In this document: one piece after another, positions 28,955-38,051 of the stretch
Layout of the letters: each line of letters begins with the position of its first letter
Position numbering within the stretch: the stretch's first letter is position 1
Source of the DNA: a virus
Taxonomy: Duplodnaviria > Caudoviricetes
Length of the DNA: 62,105 bases
IMG/VR virus record: IMGVR_UViG_3300037851_000372
Coordinates: 1 to 62,105 of that record
Strand: one strand, 5' to 3'
Notes under the pieces: model-generated
What the model saw: the letters and a program-made list of their open reading frames with translations, nothing else
What the model was told of the DNA's origin: nothing
Database searches by the model: none
Translations under genes and position numbers: made by a program

Positions 28955-30000
28955 TGGCAACAATTCGAGTCGGGCGGGAGGCGTTGTTGAAGGTGCTGGA
29001 GTCGGTCAGCCCTGGGCTGTCAACGCGGGAGCTCCTTGAGCAATCGTCATGCTACGTCTTCACCGGCGGGCAAGTGTTCACGTTCAACGACGAAGTGGCC
29101 TGCTACCGCAAGTCGCCACTCGCCATTGAAGGAGCTGTCAAAGCGAAGCCGCTGGTTGACTTGCTCTCCAAGATGGTGGAGGACGACGTGGAGATTGAGC
29201 AGGCTGAAGGTGAGCTGATCGTCAGCGGCAAGCGCCGCAAGGCGGGCATCCGCATGGAAGAGGAGGTTCGTCTCAACATCGAGGTTCTCGAGGAGCCGGA
29301 GACGTGGAGAAAGCTCCCGAAGGATTTCAGCGATGCCATTGCCATCGTTCACTCGTGTGCCAGCAGCGAAGCCAGTCAGTTCGTGCTCACCTGCGTTCAC
29401 ATCCATCCGGACTACGTCGAAGCCTGCGACCGATTTCAGATCGCTCGCTACCCGTTGGACACGGGAGTTGAAGAGGAGGTGCTGGTGCGAGCAGACTCTA
29501 TCAAGAAGATCTGTGGCTTCGACATGACGGAGGTCAGCGAGACTGGGTCGTGGATTCACTTCCGCAACCCAGCGGGGCTGACGATCGCTTGTCGTCGGTA
29601 TGTGGACGAGTACCACAACCTGGATGCTTACATTACGCCCAAGGGAACAACGGCTGTGAGTTTGCCCGGTGGGCTTGACGAGGTGGTGGCTAAGGCCGAG
29701 ATCTTCAGTGGGGAGAACGCTGCGGGCAATCTGATCCGAGTCGACTTGAGAAGCGACCGCATCGTGATCACAGGCGAAGGGGCGTCCGGGTGGTTCAAGG
29801 AGATGAAGAAGGTCAATTACAAGGGCAGCCCCATCCAGTTCCTCATCTCGCCCAAGTTGCTGCTGGAGGTGACGAGCAAGTCGGAGCAGTGCGGCGTGAG
29901 CCGTGAGCGTCTGTTCATCGACTCCGGGAAGTTCGTGTACGCCTCATGCACGGTGGCGGACGAGCCCGTTGTGGCAGTGGCGGCAAGCGAGGAGGACTGA
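28954..30000 (+). CDS. DNA sliding clamp (Pol III beta-like)
   Basis: 348 aa; QFVLTCVHI...VEACDRFQIA resembles the beta-clamp LxGV...ATDGxRLA motif; next to polymerase and clamp loader. Confidence 0.75.
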   Translation: MATIRVGREALLKVLESVSPGLSTRELLEQSSCYVFTGGQVFTFNDEVACYRKSPLAIEGAVKAKPLVDLLSKMVEDDVEIEQAEGELIVSGKRRKAGIRMEEEVRLNIEVLEEPETWRKLPKDFSDAIAIVHSCASSEASQFVLTCVHIHPDYVEACDRFQIARYPLDTGVEEEVLVRADSIKKICGFDMTEVSETGSWIHFRNPAGLTIACRRYVDEYHNLDAYITPKGTTAVSLPGGLDEVVAKAEIFSGENAAGNLIRVDLRSDRIVITGEGASGWFKEMKKVNYKGSPIQFLISPKLLLEVTSKSEQCGVSRERLFIDSGKFVYASCTVADEPVVAVAASEED

Positions 30001-31199
30001 TGGGGTTCTTCGAGGCCTCTAGGACGGTATCGAAGGGTCCCCCTCCGTCTCTGTTGCCACAATGCGGGGCCTGCGGTCTCTACAAGACATGCCAGTCGCC
30101 CAAGCTACCCGTGAGCGGGGCTGGACGTCGCGGTATACTGGTGATTGACACTTGCCCGAGTGTAGAGGGCGACCATCGCGGGGATCACTTTGTAGGCGAG
30201 GCTGCCGACTTGCTGCGAGCGACCCTTCGCAAGGTGGACGTGGACCTGGATGTCGACTGCTGGAAGACGTCAGCCCTCATCTGCAAGCCCGATGCAACGC
30301 CGACGACTGAGCAGATCGACTACTGCCGACCGAACCTTGTGCGGACGCTCAAGGAGCTGGGGCCTACGACGATCATCCCGCTGGGACCCGCTGCTGTGTC
30401 GTCGTTGCTCAGCCCGCTGTGGAAGGAGAGCATTGGATCCATCACTCAGTGGGCAGGTTGGCGAATTCCTCTCCAGCGGTGGAATGCGTGGGTGTGCCCC
30501 GTGTTCCACCCAACGGCTGTGATCGAGTCCGCGGAGAAGAGGGAAGCGAAGGTCGTCAAGTTGTGGTTTGAGCGGCACCTTGCACAGGCTGTGGAGCTAG
30601 AGGGACGTCCGTGGGAAACGGTTCCGGACTACCGCAAGGACATCCGTGTGGTGATGGACCCGCGTGAGGCGGCTGCGCAGATACGTGAGTGGGTTGCTGA
30701 TGGCGGACCCACCGCTTTCGACTACGAGACCAATCGACTACGTCCGGACGACGCCAACGCCGAGATCGTGTGCGCCTCCGTCTGTTGGAGAGGCAAGGAC
30801 ACAATCGCGTTTCCGTGGACGGGTGAGGCAGTGGTTGCGATGAGCGAGTACCTGCAATCCGACGTCCCGAAGATTGGCGCCAACAACAAATTCGAGGAGA
30901 GGTGGACACGTCGCATCCTGGGGCATGGCGTTACCAATTGGGTTTGGGACACCATGCTGTCTGCCCACCACTTGGACTGCCGCAACGGCATCACGTCCGT
31001 CAAGTTCCAGGCCTTCGTTCGGTTGGGTCTTGAGGAGTGGAGTTGGGCCATTCGTCCGTACTTGCAAGCGGAGGACGCGACAGGGGTGAACAGGATCCGT
31101 GAGGCGGATCTGAGGACGCTGTTGGTATATTGCGGCATCGATTCGTTGGTCGAGTACCTGATTGCCGGGCAGCAGAAACGGGAGATGATGGGCAAGTGA
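30000..31199 (+). CDS. Uracil-DNA-glycosylase-like domain fused to a 3'-5' exonuclease (N-terminal half of a split PolA)
   Basis: CGACGL...C, FVG...LL, C..C and FHP family 4 UDG pattern; ExoI FDYET, ExoII NKFE, DTML, ExoIII YCGID. Confidence 0.85.
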   Translation: MGFFEASRTVSKGPPPSLLPQCGACGLYKTCQSPKLPVSGAGRRGILVIDTCPSVEGDHRGDHFVGEAADLLRATLRKVDVDLDVDCWKTSALICKPDATPTTEQIDYCRPNLVRTLKELGPTTIIPLGPAAVSSLLSPLWKESIGSITQWAGWRIPLQRWNAWVCPVFHPTAVIESAEKREAKVVKLWFERHLAQAVELEGRPWETVPDYRKDIRVVMDPREAAAQIREWVADGGPTAFDYETNRLRPDDANAEIVCASVCWRGKDTIAFPWTGEAVVAMSEYLQSDVPKIGANNKFEERWTRRILGHGVTNWVWDTMLSAHHLDCRNGITSVKFQAFVRLGLEEWSWAIRPYLQAEDATGVNRIREADLRTLLVYCGIDSLVEYLIAGQQKREMMGK

Positions 31200-32578
31200 A
31201 GTTCAGGCCGTCCACACCCGCCGCGTTTCGATTGCTGATGGAGGGCTCGGCAGCCTTTGCGGACATCGAGGAAGCTGGCATCCGCGTGGACGTGCCGTAC
31301 CTTGATCGCACCATGCAGCAGACAGGTGACAAGATCAAGCAGATTGAGCAGGAGCTGAGGCAAGACGAGGTCTATGCAACGTGGCGGCGGGTGTTTGGCG
31401 ACAAGGCTTCGCTGGGCAGCCGCGATCAGCTTGCCAAGATCGTGTTCGGTCACTTGGGAGTGAAGAGCACGGTCACCACCAGCACGGGCAAGCCCAAGGT
31501 AGACGCGAATGCGTTGGACGAGATAGACCTGCCGTTCGTCCGTCGTTGGGGTGTGATGGAGAAGCTGAAGAAGGTTCGCAACACTTTCCTCAAGGGCACG
31601 CGCCAGGCTGCTGTTCAGCGGGGTGATGAATGGTACATCCACCCGTCGTTCAACCTGCACCTCGTCTGGACGTTCCGATCCTCTGGGTCCGAGCCGAACT
31701 TTCAGAACCAACCAATCAGGGACAAGCGACAGGCGAAGCTCATTCGCCGTTCGTACATCCCCCGTGACGGGCATCGCATTGTCGAGATTGACTACTCCGC
31801 ACTCGAGTTCCGTGGGGCGGCCAATTTCTGGAAGGACCCTGCGATGGTGGCGTATGCGAGCGACCCGACGCTCGACATCCACCGCGATATGGCGGCTGAG
31901 TGTTTCATGCTGCCAACAGACGACGTGAGCAAGGACTGCCGCTCGTTTGCCAAAAACCAGTTCGTGTTCCCGGAGCTCTACGGGTCGTATTACGTCAGCA
32001 TGGCAGCGGGTTTGTGGTCTGCCATTTCCAAAGCCAACCTGAAGACGAAGGCAGGCGTGGGCATCTTCGATCACCTTCGCACCAAGGGTATCGACTCGCA
32101 GAAGGCATACGAAGGCCACATCAAGCGAGTGGAGCAGAACTTTGCTGAGCGGTTCCCACACTGGGCATCCGAGAAGGACAAGTGGTGGAATAAGTACCTG
32201 GAGAGAGGGTGGTTCCCGCTGTCTACTGGGTTCGTGTGCCCTGGTGTGTTCTCCTACAACAATCTCATGAACACGCCCATCCAAGGGCCATCGTTCCACT
32301 GCCTGCTATGGTCGCTCATCCAAGTCAACAAGTGGCTGAAGAAGAACCGGATGCGGACGCGCATCATTGGGCAGATCCACGACTCCATGCTCGCAGACGT
32401 GTATGAGCCGGAGCTTCAGGATTACCTTCACTACGTGAAAGATGTCATGACCGTTCGCGTCCGCAAGGAGTGGGACTGGATAGTCACGCCGCTTGAGGTT
32501 GAGGTGGAGACGTCGGACCGCAGTTGGTTTGACAAGGCGGCGTGGAAGGAACAAGACGGGCAGTGGGTGCCCGCATAA
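31196..32578 (+). CDS. polA: Family A DNA polymerase, polymerase domain
   Basis: RSSGSEPNFQN, motif A DYSALEFR, motif B RSFAKNQFVFPELYG, NTPIQG, motif C QIHDS; GTGA overlap. Confidence 0.93.
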   Translation: MKFRPSTPAAFRLLMEGSAAFADIEEAGIRVDVPYLDRTMQQTGDKIKQIEQELRQDEVYATWRRVFGDKASLGSRDQLAKIVFGHLGVKSTVTTSTGKPKVDANALDEIDLPFVRRWGVMEKLKKVRNTFLKGTRQAAVQRGDEWYIHPSFNLHLVWTFRSSGSEPNFQNQPIRDKRQAKLIRRSYIPRDGHRIVEIDYSALEFRGAANFWKDPAMVAYASDPTLDIHRDMAAECFMLPTDDVSKDCRSFAKNQFVFPELYGSYYVSMAAGLWSAISKANLKTKAGVGIFDHLRTKGIDSQKAYEGHIKRVEQNFAERFPHWASEKDKWWNKYLERGWFPLSTGFVCPGVFSYNNLMNTPIQGPSFHCLLWSLIQVNKWLKKNRMRTRIIGQIHDSMLADVYEPELQDYLHYVKDVMTVRVRKEWDWIVTPLEVEVETSDRSWFDKAAWKEQDGQWVPA

Positions 32579-32592
32579 CGAAGGGGAACAGA

Positions 32593-33513
32593 ATGGCTGA
32601 AGGAAACGAGCTTTACAAACGGTATCGCCCAACCACGTTCAAGGATGTGGTGGGACAGGCGTCAGCGGTCAAGTCGCTTGTCGACATGGGCAAGCGGAAC
32701 GAGATACCGCACGCGCTGCTCTTCACTGGTCCGAGTGGTTGTGGCAAGACCACACTGGCTCGCATCCTGCGAGCGAAACTCAAGTGTTCGGACCACGACT
32801 TCCAAGAGATCAATGCTGCTGACTTTCGAGGCATCGACTCCATCCGTGTCATCCGTCAGCAGATGGGGGCAGCTCCGTTGATGGGAACGTCGCGAGTGTG
32901 GCTACTTGACGAAGCTCACAACCTGTCTGGCGATGCCCAAACGGCTCTCCTGAAGATTCTTGAGGACACGCCCGGTCACGTCTATTTCATGCTGGCGACA
33001 ACAGACCCGCAGAAGCTCAAGAAGACGATCATCACGCGATGCACGGAAGTCAGGTGCAAGGAGATCACGAAGAAGGAGCTGTCTGACCTTGCTCTTCGCA
33101 TCGCCGCTGCTGAGAACGTGACTATCAGCGGGGCAGTAGCCGAGAAGCTGGCTGATGTGGCAGAGGGGTCTGCTCGCAAGGTGCTGGTCCTGCTACACGC
33201 GGTCATCGGACTCAAGGACGAGGAAGACCAGCTCGCTGCAATCGAGGCGGGGGACGTCAAAGGACAGGCAATCGAGATCGCCCGTGCCCTCCTCAACCAG
33301 CGTACGACGTGGAACACGATGAAGGGCTTGCTGAAGGCGGTGGAGGAGGAGCCGGAGTCCATTCGTCACCTCGTGCTCAGCTATTGCACGTCCGTTCTGC
33401 TCAACTCGGAGAATCCACGCGCCGCACTGGTGATAGAAGAGTTCCGAGACCCGTATTATGACACCAAGAAGGCAGGGCTGGTCCTGTCGTGCTGGAATGT
33501 GATCAAGGGATAG
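32593..33513 (+). CDS. Clamp loader AAA+ ATPase (DnaX-like)
   Basis: YKRYRPTTFKDVVGQ, GPSGCGKTT, LDEAH and TIITRC motifs. Confidence 0.92.
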   Translation: MAEGNELYKRYRPTTFKDVVGQASAVKSLVDMGKRNEIPHALLFTGPSGCGKTTLARILRAKLKCSDHDFQEINAADFRGIDSIRVIRQQMGAAPLMGTSRVWLLDEAHNLSGDAQTALLKILEDTPGHVYFMLATTDPQKLKKTIITRCTEVRCKEITKKELSDLALRIAAAENVTISGAVAEKLADVAEGSARKVLVLLHAVIGLKDEEDQLAAIEAGDVKGQAIEIARALLNQRTTWNTMKGLLKAVEEEPESIRHLVLSYCTSVLLNSENPRAALVIEEFRDPYYDTKKAGLVLSCWNVIKG

Positions 33514-33517
33514 TGAC

Positions 33518-34024
33518 ATGCCTAAAGAGCTCCGTCTCTCCATCGACAAGACAGCCCTTGAGCAGGAATGGGTTGAGCAGCCCGCCCTCTACTTTGAGTG
33601 GGCGAAGGAGGCTGCTGACTGCCAGTCAGTTCTGGATCGCGAGAAGTCCAGACTGGACGTAGTCAAGGCGGAGCTTGAGCAATCCATTCGCGACAACCCA
33701 GGGCAGTACAACGTCGCGAAGGTGACGGAGGCGTCCGTAGCCGCCGCTATTCTGACTCAGCCTGAATATCAGGCCGCTGTTCGCAAGGTGAATGACGCGA
33801 GGCACGCGCACGGAGTCGCCAACGCTGCTGTGAATGCACTGGAGCACCGCAAACGGTCCTTGTCGATGCTTGTGGAGCTGTGGGTGCGGGAATACTACAC
33901 CGCAGACTCGTCGCCACGTGCTCGCAGCCCCAAGGGCGAGGAGTTTGACAAGGCAGCCGTTCGCGGACGCGGTCGGAAACGACTACAGGATCAAGAAAGG
34001 GAGGGCGACGACTCCGATGGTTGA
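33518..34024 (+). CDS. Coiled-coil protein, possibly a UvsY-like recombination mediator
   Basis: All-helical; precedes SSB and RecA genes. Confidence 0.5.
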   Translation: MPKELRLSIDKTALEQEWVEQPALYFEWAKEAADCQSVLDREKSRLDVVKAELEQSIRDNPGQYNVAKVTEASVAAAILTQPEYQAAVRKVNDARHAHGVANAAVNALEHRKRSLSMLVELWVREYYTADSSPRARSPKGEEFDKAAVRGRGRKRLQDQEREGDDSDG

Positions 34025-34199
34025 GATGTTGTACCAACTGTGGGTGGCTGTCTGCATCCTGTTTCTCCTCGGCGTGGTGCTGCCCGCTGTGGTGTATATC
34101 GTCATGAAGGTCGGCACGTTCGCCGTCCTGATGGGTCGGAAGAGTTTCTACGAGTACCTGATCAAGAAAGAAGAGGAGAGGCATGGCGACACGCGATAG
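34017..34199 (+). CDS. Small membrane protein
   Basis: RBS GGAGGG; long hydrophobic segment; overlaps both neighbours. Confidence 0.55.
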   Translation: MVEMLYQLWVAVCILFLLGVVLPAVVYIVMKVGTFAVLMGRKSFYEYLIKKEEERHGDTR

Positions 34200-35496
34200 G
34201 CGGGAGAAGCGGCAGTCTGCGGCTCGGCGAAGGGCTGAGCAGCATGTTGCCGGGTACGAGACGACGACGCTGAAGATGCCTGAGGGCTTGAGCTTCTACG
34301 AGCTCAAGCCGGGCATCCACAGACTCGCCATCGTTCCGTACAAGGCGGGCAAGGGGAACCCCTATGCTGAGGAAGGGGAGATCTACTATGAGCGGACGTT
34401 CTACACCTACCGCCGCATCGGTCTTGACGAGCGTGACTACATCTGCCCGAGCAAGACGTTCGGCAAGCCGGATCCGATTCAGGAAATCCGGCAGAAGATG
34501 AGCAAGGACCCCAACGCGGATCCTGAGGCTGTGAAGGCGCTCAACCCGAAGGAGCGACAGTTGTTCCTCGTGTACGGGGGCAAGCGCAACGACGAGCCGA
34601 AGATGTACCTGCTGGAGTCCAGCTATCACCTCTTCGGCAAGCTCCTGGACACCCGCATCAAGAACTCGGATGAGGAGCAGGGCTGGGACTTCTTTTACCT
34701 GCCAGACGAGGAGGGGCTGACGTTGGAGCTGACGGTGGAGGAGGTATCCACTGGCGGCTACACGTTCAACGAGGTGAAGGCGATCGACTTCTTGCCGCGG
34801 AAGAAGTCGCTGCCCGAAGCGATTGTCAACCACGGGATCTGCTTGGACGACTTGCTCATTGAGGTGGGCTACGACCAGCTGAAGAAGATCTACCTCGGAA
34901 TGTCCGAAGCGTCTGCGAGCAGCGATGTCGATGAAGAGGACGAGGACGGGGATGACGACGCTCCACTTGCCAAGCCTGCAACGCGGGGCAAGCCCGCAAC
35001 AAAGGCAGCGAAGCCGGTTGACGACGAGGACGACGACGAGGATGAGGACGAGGACGACACGCCTCCACCAGCAGCCAAGAAGGCCGCGGTCAAGGCGTCG
35101 AAGCCCAAGCCCGCTGTCGATGAGGATGACGACGAGGATGAGGATGACGACGAGGACACGGAGCTCGACTCCAATGCCCCGCCGGCTAAGTCCAAGGCCA
35201 AGTCCAGTCCAGCCTTCAAGAAGGGTGACGAGGTCATCTACAAGAAGAAGACCTGCACCGTGTTCAAGGTCAGTCCTGACGGGTCTTCCCTCACGCTGAT
35301 GGACGATGACGAGAACATCCTCAAGGGCATCGACCCAGACGATGTCGAGGCTGCGGAGGACGAGGACGACGACGCTCCTGCGGCTAAGCCGGTGGCTAAG
35401 AAGGCTGCGGCCGAGTCCACCAAGCCCGCCGCCAAGCCCGCTAAGGGCGACAGTGACGACGACGATGACTGGGACAAGGACTGGGACGAGGAATAA
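34183..35496 (+). CDS. Single-stranded DNA-binding protein (gp32-like) with long acidic/basic tail
   Basis: ICPSKTFGKPDPI core; acidic C-terminus DDDWDKDWDEE; replication context. Confidence 0.75.
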   Translation: MATRDRREKRQSAARRRAEQHVAGYETTTLKMPEGLSFYELKPGIHRLAIVPYKAGKGNPYAEEGEIYYERTFYTYRRIGLDERDYICPSKTFGKPDPIQEIRQKMSKDPNADPEAVKALNPKERQLFLVYGGKRNDEPKMYLLESSYHLFGKLLDTRIKNSDEEQGWDFFYLPDEEGLTLELTVEEVSTGGYTFNEVKAIDFLPRKKSLPEAIVNHGICLDDLLIEVGYDQLKKIYLGMSEASASSDVDEEDEDGDDDAPLAKPATRGKPATKAAKPVDDEDDDEDEDEDDTPPPAAKKAAVKASKPKPAVDEDDDEDEDDDEDTELDSNAPPAKSKAKSSPAFKKGDEVIYKKKTCTVFKVSPDGSSLTLMDDDENILKGIDPDDVEAAEDEDDDAPAAKPVAKKAAAESTKPAAKPAKGDSDDDDDWDKDWDEE

Positions 35497-35503
35497 GAAG
35501 AAC

Positions 35504-35558
35504 GCGCTGTCGGTCGGGGCTCCACTTCCGCCTAGTGGACAACCCCGGCCGGCGGCGT
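35504..35558 (+). other. Intergenic RNA hairpin between ssb and recA
   Basis: 15-bp stem 35505-35519/35543-35557 with three G-U pairs plus inner TCCACT/AGTGGA stem. Confidence 0.55.
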
Positions 35559-35580
35559 CATTTACCCGAGGGCACGTTGC

Positions 35581-36714
35581 ATGGCTAAGAGCACGGCTAA
35601 GCGAACTGACAACATCAAAAAGGCTCTGCTCGCAGGTGACGAGTGGGAGCAGAGGTTCATGGACAGAGCGTCCGCTGTGTCCACAGGCTCCACGTTGCTG
35701 AACCTTGCACTGACTGGGTATCCCGACCGAGGGCTGTTCAAGGGCAGATACTACTGGTTCGTTGGCGACTCATCGTCAGGCAAGACGTTCTGGACGCTGA
35801 CCATGCTTGCGGAAGCGTCCATCAACCCGAACTTCAACGACTACGACCTTGTCTTTGACAACGCTGAGGACGGGGCACTCATGGACGTGAAGAAGTTCTT
35901 CGGTCCCAAGCTCGCCAAGCGGCTGCGATCGCCGCGTGTTGCTACTGACGGTACACCGCAGAACTCTGAGGACATCGAGGACTTCTACTTTGCACTGGAT
36001 GAGCGTTTGACGGCCGTTGAGCAGGGCAAGGCAAAGCCGTTCATTTGGGTCACCGACTCCATGGATGCGTTGTCGAGCAAGTACGAGAAGAAGAAGTTTG
36101 TCGAGAACCGCAAGGCGTCCAGGGCAGGCAAGGAAGCAACTGGCGACTACGGCGATGGCAAGGCGAAGATCAACTCACGTTGGATGCGTAGCGTGGTGTC
36201 CCGTATCGGTCGTCTCGGTTGCATCCTTGTCGTTATCAGCCAGACACGCGACAACATCAAGTCAGGTCCTATGGACTTTGGACCGGAGTTTGTTGTCAGC
36301 GGGGGCAGGGCACTCAAGTTCTACGCCTGCTGCCAGATCTGGACGAGCGTGGGTCGCGAGATGGTGAAGGAGGTCAACGGACGTAAGAGGTCCGTTGGAG
36401 CCGTTGTGAAGGCCGCGACGAAGAAGAACCGCCTGTCTGGCAAGAACTGGTCTGTTGAGGTGCCGTTGTACTGGTCGCATGGGCTTGACGACATTGGGTC
36501 GTGTGTGGACTTCCTTGTCAACGAGAAGCATTGGCCTGCTACGGAGGGCAGGATCAATGCGACGGACTTCGATGCCAACATATCAAGGGAAGCCCTCATC
36601 CGCAAGATCGAGAAGGAGGAGCTGGAGCTGGACCTGCGTTCGCTCGTTGCTGATGTGTGGAAGAGCATCGAGGAGACATGCACCGTCAAGCGGAAGAACC
36701 GATACCAGGAGTGA
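35581..36714 (+). CDS. recA: RecA/UvsX-like recombinase
   Basis: STGSTLLNLAL, GDSSSGKT, DSMDAL, SQTR and GGRALKFYA motifs. Confidence 0.92.
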   Translation: MAKSTAKRTDNIKKALLAGDEWEQRFMDRASAVSTGSTLLNLALTGYPDRGLFKGRYYWFVGDSSSGKTFWTLTMLAEASINPNFNDYDLVFDNAEDGALMDVKKFFGPKLAKRLRSPRVATDGTPQNSEDIEDFYFALDERLTAVEQGKAKPFIWVTDSMDALSSKYEKKKFVENRKASRAGKEATGDYGDGKAKINSRWMRSVVSRIGRLGCILVVISQTRDNIKSGPMDFGPEFVVSGGRALKFYACCQIWTSVGREMVKEVNGRKRSVGAVVKAATKKNRLSGKNWSVEVPLYWSHGLDDIGSCVDFLVNEKHWPATEGRINATDFDANISREALIRKIEKEELELDLRSLVADVWKSIEETCTVKRKNRYQE

Positions 36715-36717
36715 GCG

Positions 36718-37563
36718 ATGAGCGTCACGCTGTTCATTGACGGGAACTTCTTGGGTCACAGAGCTCGTCATACGACCGGCGGCCTCCAGTACGAAGGGAT
36801 GCCTACAGGTGTCCTGTTCGCGTTCGTTCGCGACCTCGCAATGATGACGGACTTGCACCAAGCCACCCGCGTCGTGATAGCCTTCGACACTGCGGGCAGC
36901 CTTCGCAAGAAGGCCAATACCCACTACAAGAGCTCGCGGGTGTATACCGAAGAGCAGGAAGAGGAAATGCATCGGTTCTTCGAAGAGATGAAGCGACTGC
37001 GGAAAGAGATCCTGCCGGAGCTAGGCTACCGCAACATCTGGAGGGAGCGTGGGTACGAAGCGGACGACCTCATTGCGGCGGGCTGTGCTGCTCTCGAGCC
37101 CCCAAATGAGGGAGTGATCGTCACTGCGGACAACGACCTGTGGCAGTGTGTACGCCCGAACGTGAGGTGGTGGAACCCGATCACCAAGCGTACTGTCACC
37201 TACGAGTCGTTCCTGCAAGAGTGGGGAATCGAGCCATGGCAGTGGGCTATCGTGAAGGCCATTGCTGGTTGCAAGGGGGACGACGTTGTAGGCGTGAGCG
37301 GGGTAGGCGAGAAGACTGCCGCACAGTGGGTACGACGAGACCTCAATCCGGACTCCGTCAAGTACAAGGCCATTGAGTCCGCTCGTGAGCTGGCACGTTC
37401 CAACATGAAGCTGGTGCGGTTGCCCTTTGAAGGCCTCGAGGTGCCCAGTATCCTTGAGGACGAGGTGACGGAGTCGAAGCGCCGTCGCGTCATGGAGATG
37501 CTGGGTATACGACCGACCCGTCGTTCCTTGCCTCCAGGACGGATGCCTAAGGGGTTCATCTGA
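36718..37563 (+). CDS. 5'-3' exonuclease/flap endonuclease
   Basis: IDGN, FD, YKSSR, EADD, DNDLWQ and GVSGVGEKTA motifs. Confidence 0.92.
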   Translation: MSVTLFIDGNFLGHRARHTTGGLQYEGMPTGVLFAFVRDLAMMTDLHQATRVVIAFDTAGSLRKKANTHYKSSRVYTEEQEEEMHRFFEEMKRLRKEILPELGYRNIWRERGYEADDLIAAGCAALEPPNEGVIVTADNDLWQCVRPNVRWWNPITKRTVTYESFLQEWGIEPWQWAIVKAIAGCKGDDVVGVSGVGEKTAAQWVRRDLNPDSVKYKAIESARELARSNMKLVRLPFEGLEVPSILEDEVTESKRRRVMEMLGIRPTRRSLPPGRMPKGFI

Positions 37564-37577
37564 CTGAGGAGGACGTT

Positions 37578-38051
37578 ATGGCCAAGGCTGGCCGCTTGAA
37601 GATACTGGCTCTTGATCCAGCGACGAGGTGTGGGTGGGCCCATAGTGACGGTCCTTGCGGAACGTGGGACCTAAGCGTCAAGAGGGAGGAGTCGTCGGGA
37701 ATGCGACTCATCCGTCTACGCATGAAGCTCGAGGAACTGCTCAAGTCGCACTCCGTTGACTTGGTTGCCTATGAAGCCCCTGCCGCCATGCAGAGTATGC
37801 AAGCCGCCAAGGTTGTCTACGAGCTGGTGGGGCAGATCAAAGTGTGGTGCCACGATCACGGGTTTCAGTTCGTGTCCTACATGCCCCCTCAGCTCAAGAA
37901 GTTCGCAACGGGCAAGGGCAACGCGAAAAAGGAGGCCATGGTTGATGCGTTCGAGAGTATAGTGAAGCGACCCGTAGAGGACAGCGAACACGACATGGTT
38001 GATGCGTGGTGGCTGTTGCGGCTGGTGCAGAGCGAGTACGACAATGGTTGA
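37578..38051 (+). CDS. ruvC: RuvC-like Holliday junction resolvase
   Basis: ILALDP, YE, KKFATGKGNAKKEAM and DMVDA motifs. Confidence 0.9.
   Translation: MAKAGRLKILALDPATRCGWAHSDGPCGTWDLSVKREESSGMRLIRLRMKLEELLKSHSVDLVAYEAPAAMQSMQAAKVVYELVGQIKVWCHDHGFQFVSYMPPQLKKFATGKGNAKKEAMVDAFESIVKRPVEDSEHDMVDAWWLLRLVQSEYDNG

Noticed and set aside
31130-31199. Intron, intein or frameshift joining the exonuclease and polymerase genes
   Set aside because: No intervening sequence or slippery heptamer; GTGA overlap with an RBS indicates two genes
30722-32299. 525-aa minus-strand ORF, and similar ones such as 24812..26155
   Set aside because: Antisense shadows of well-supported + strand genes (polA, gat-queC) in GC-rich DNA; no recognisable motifs
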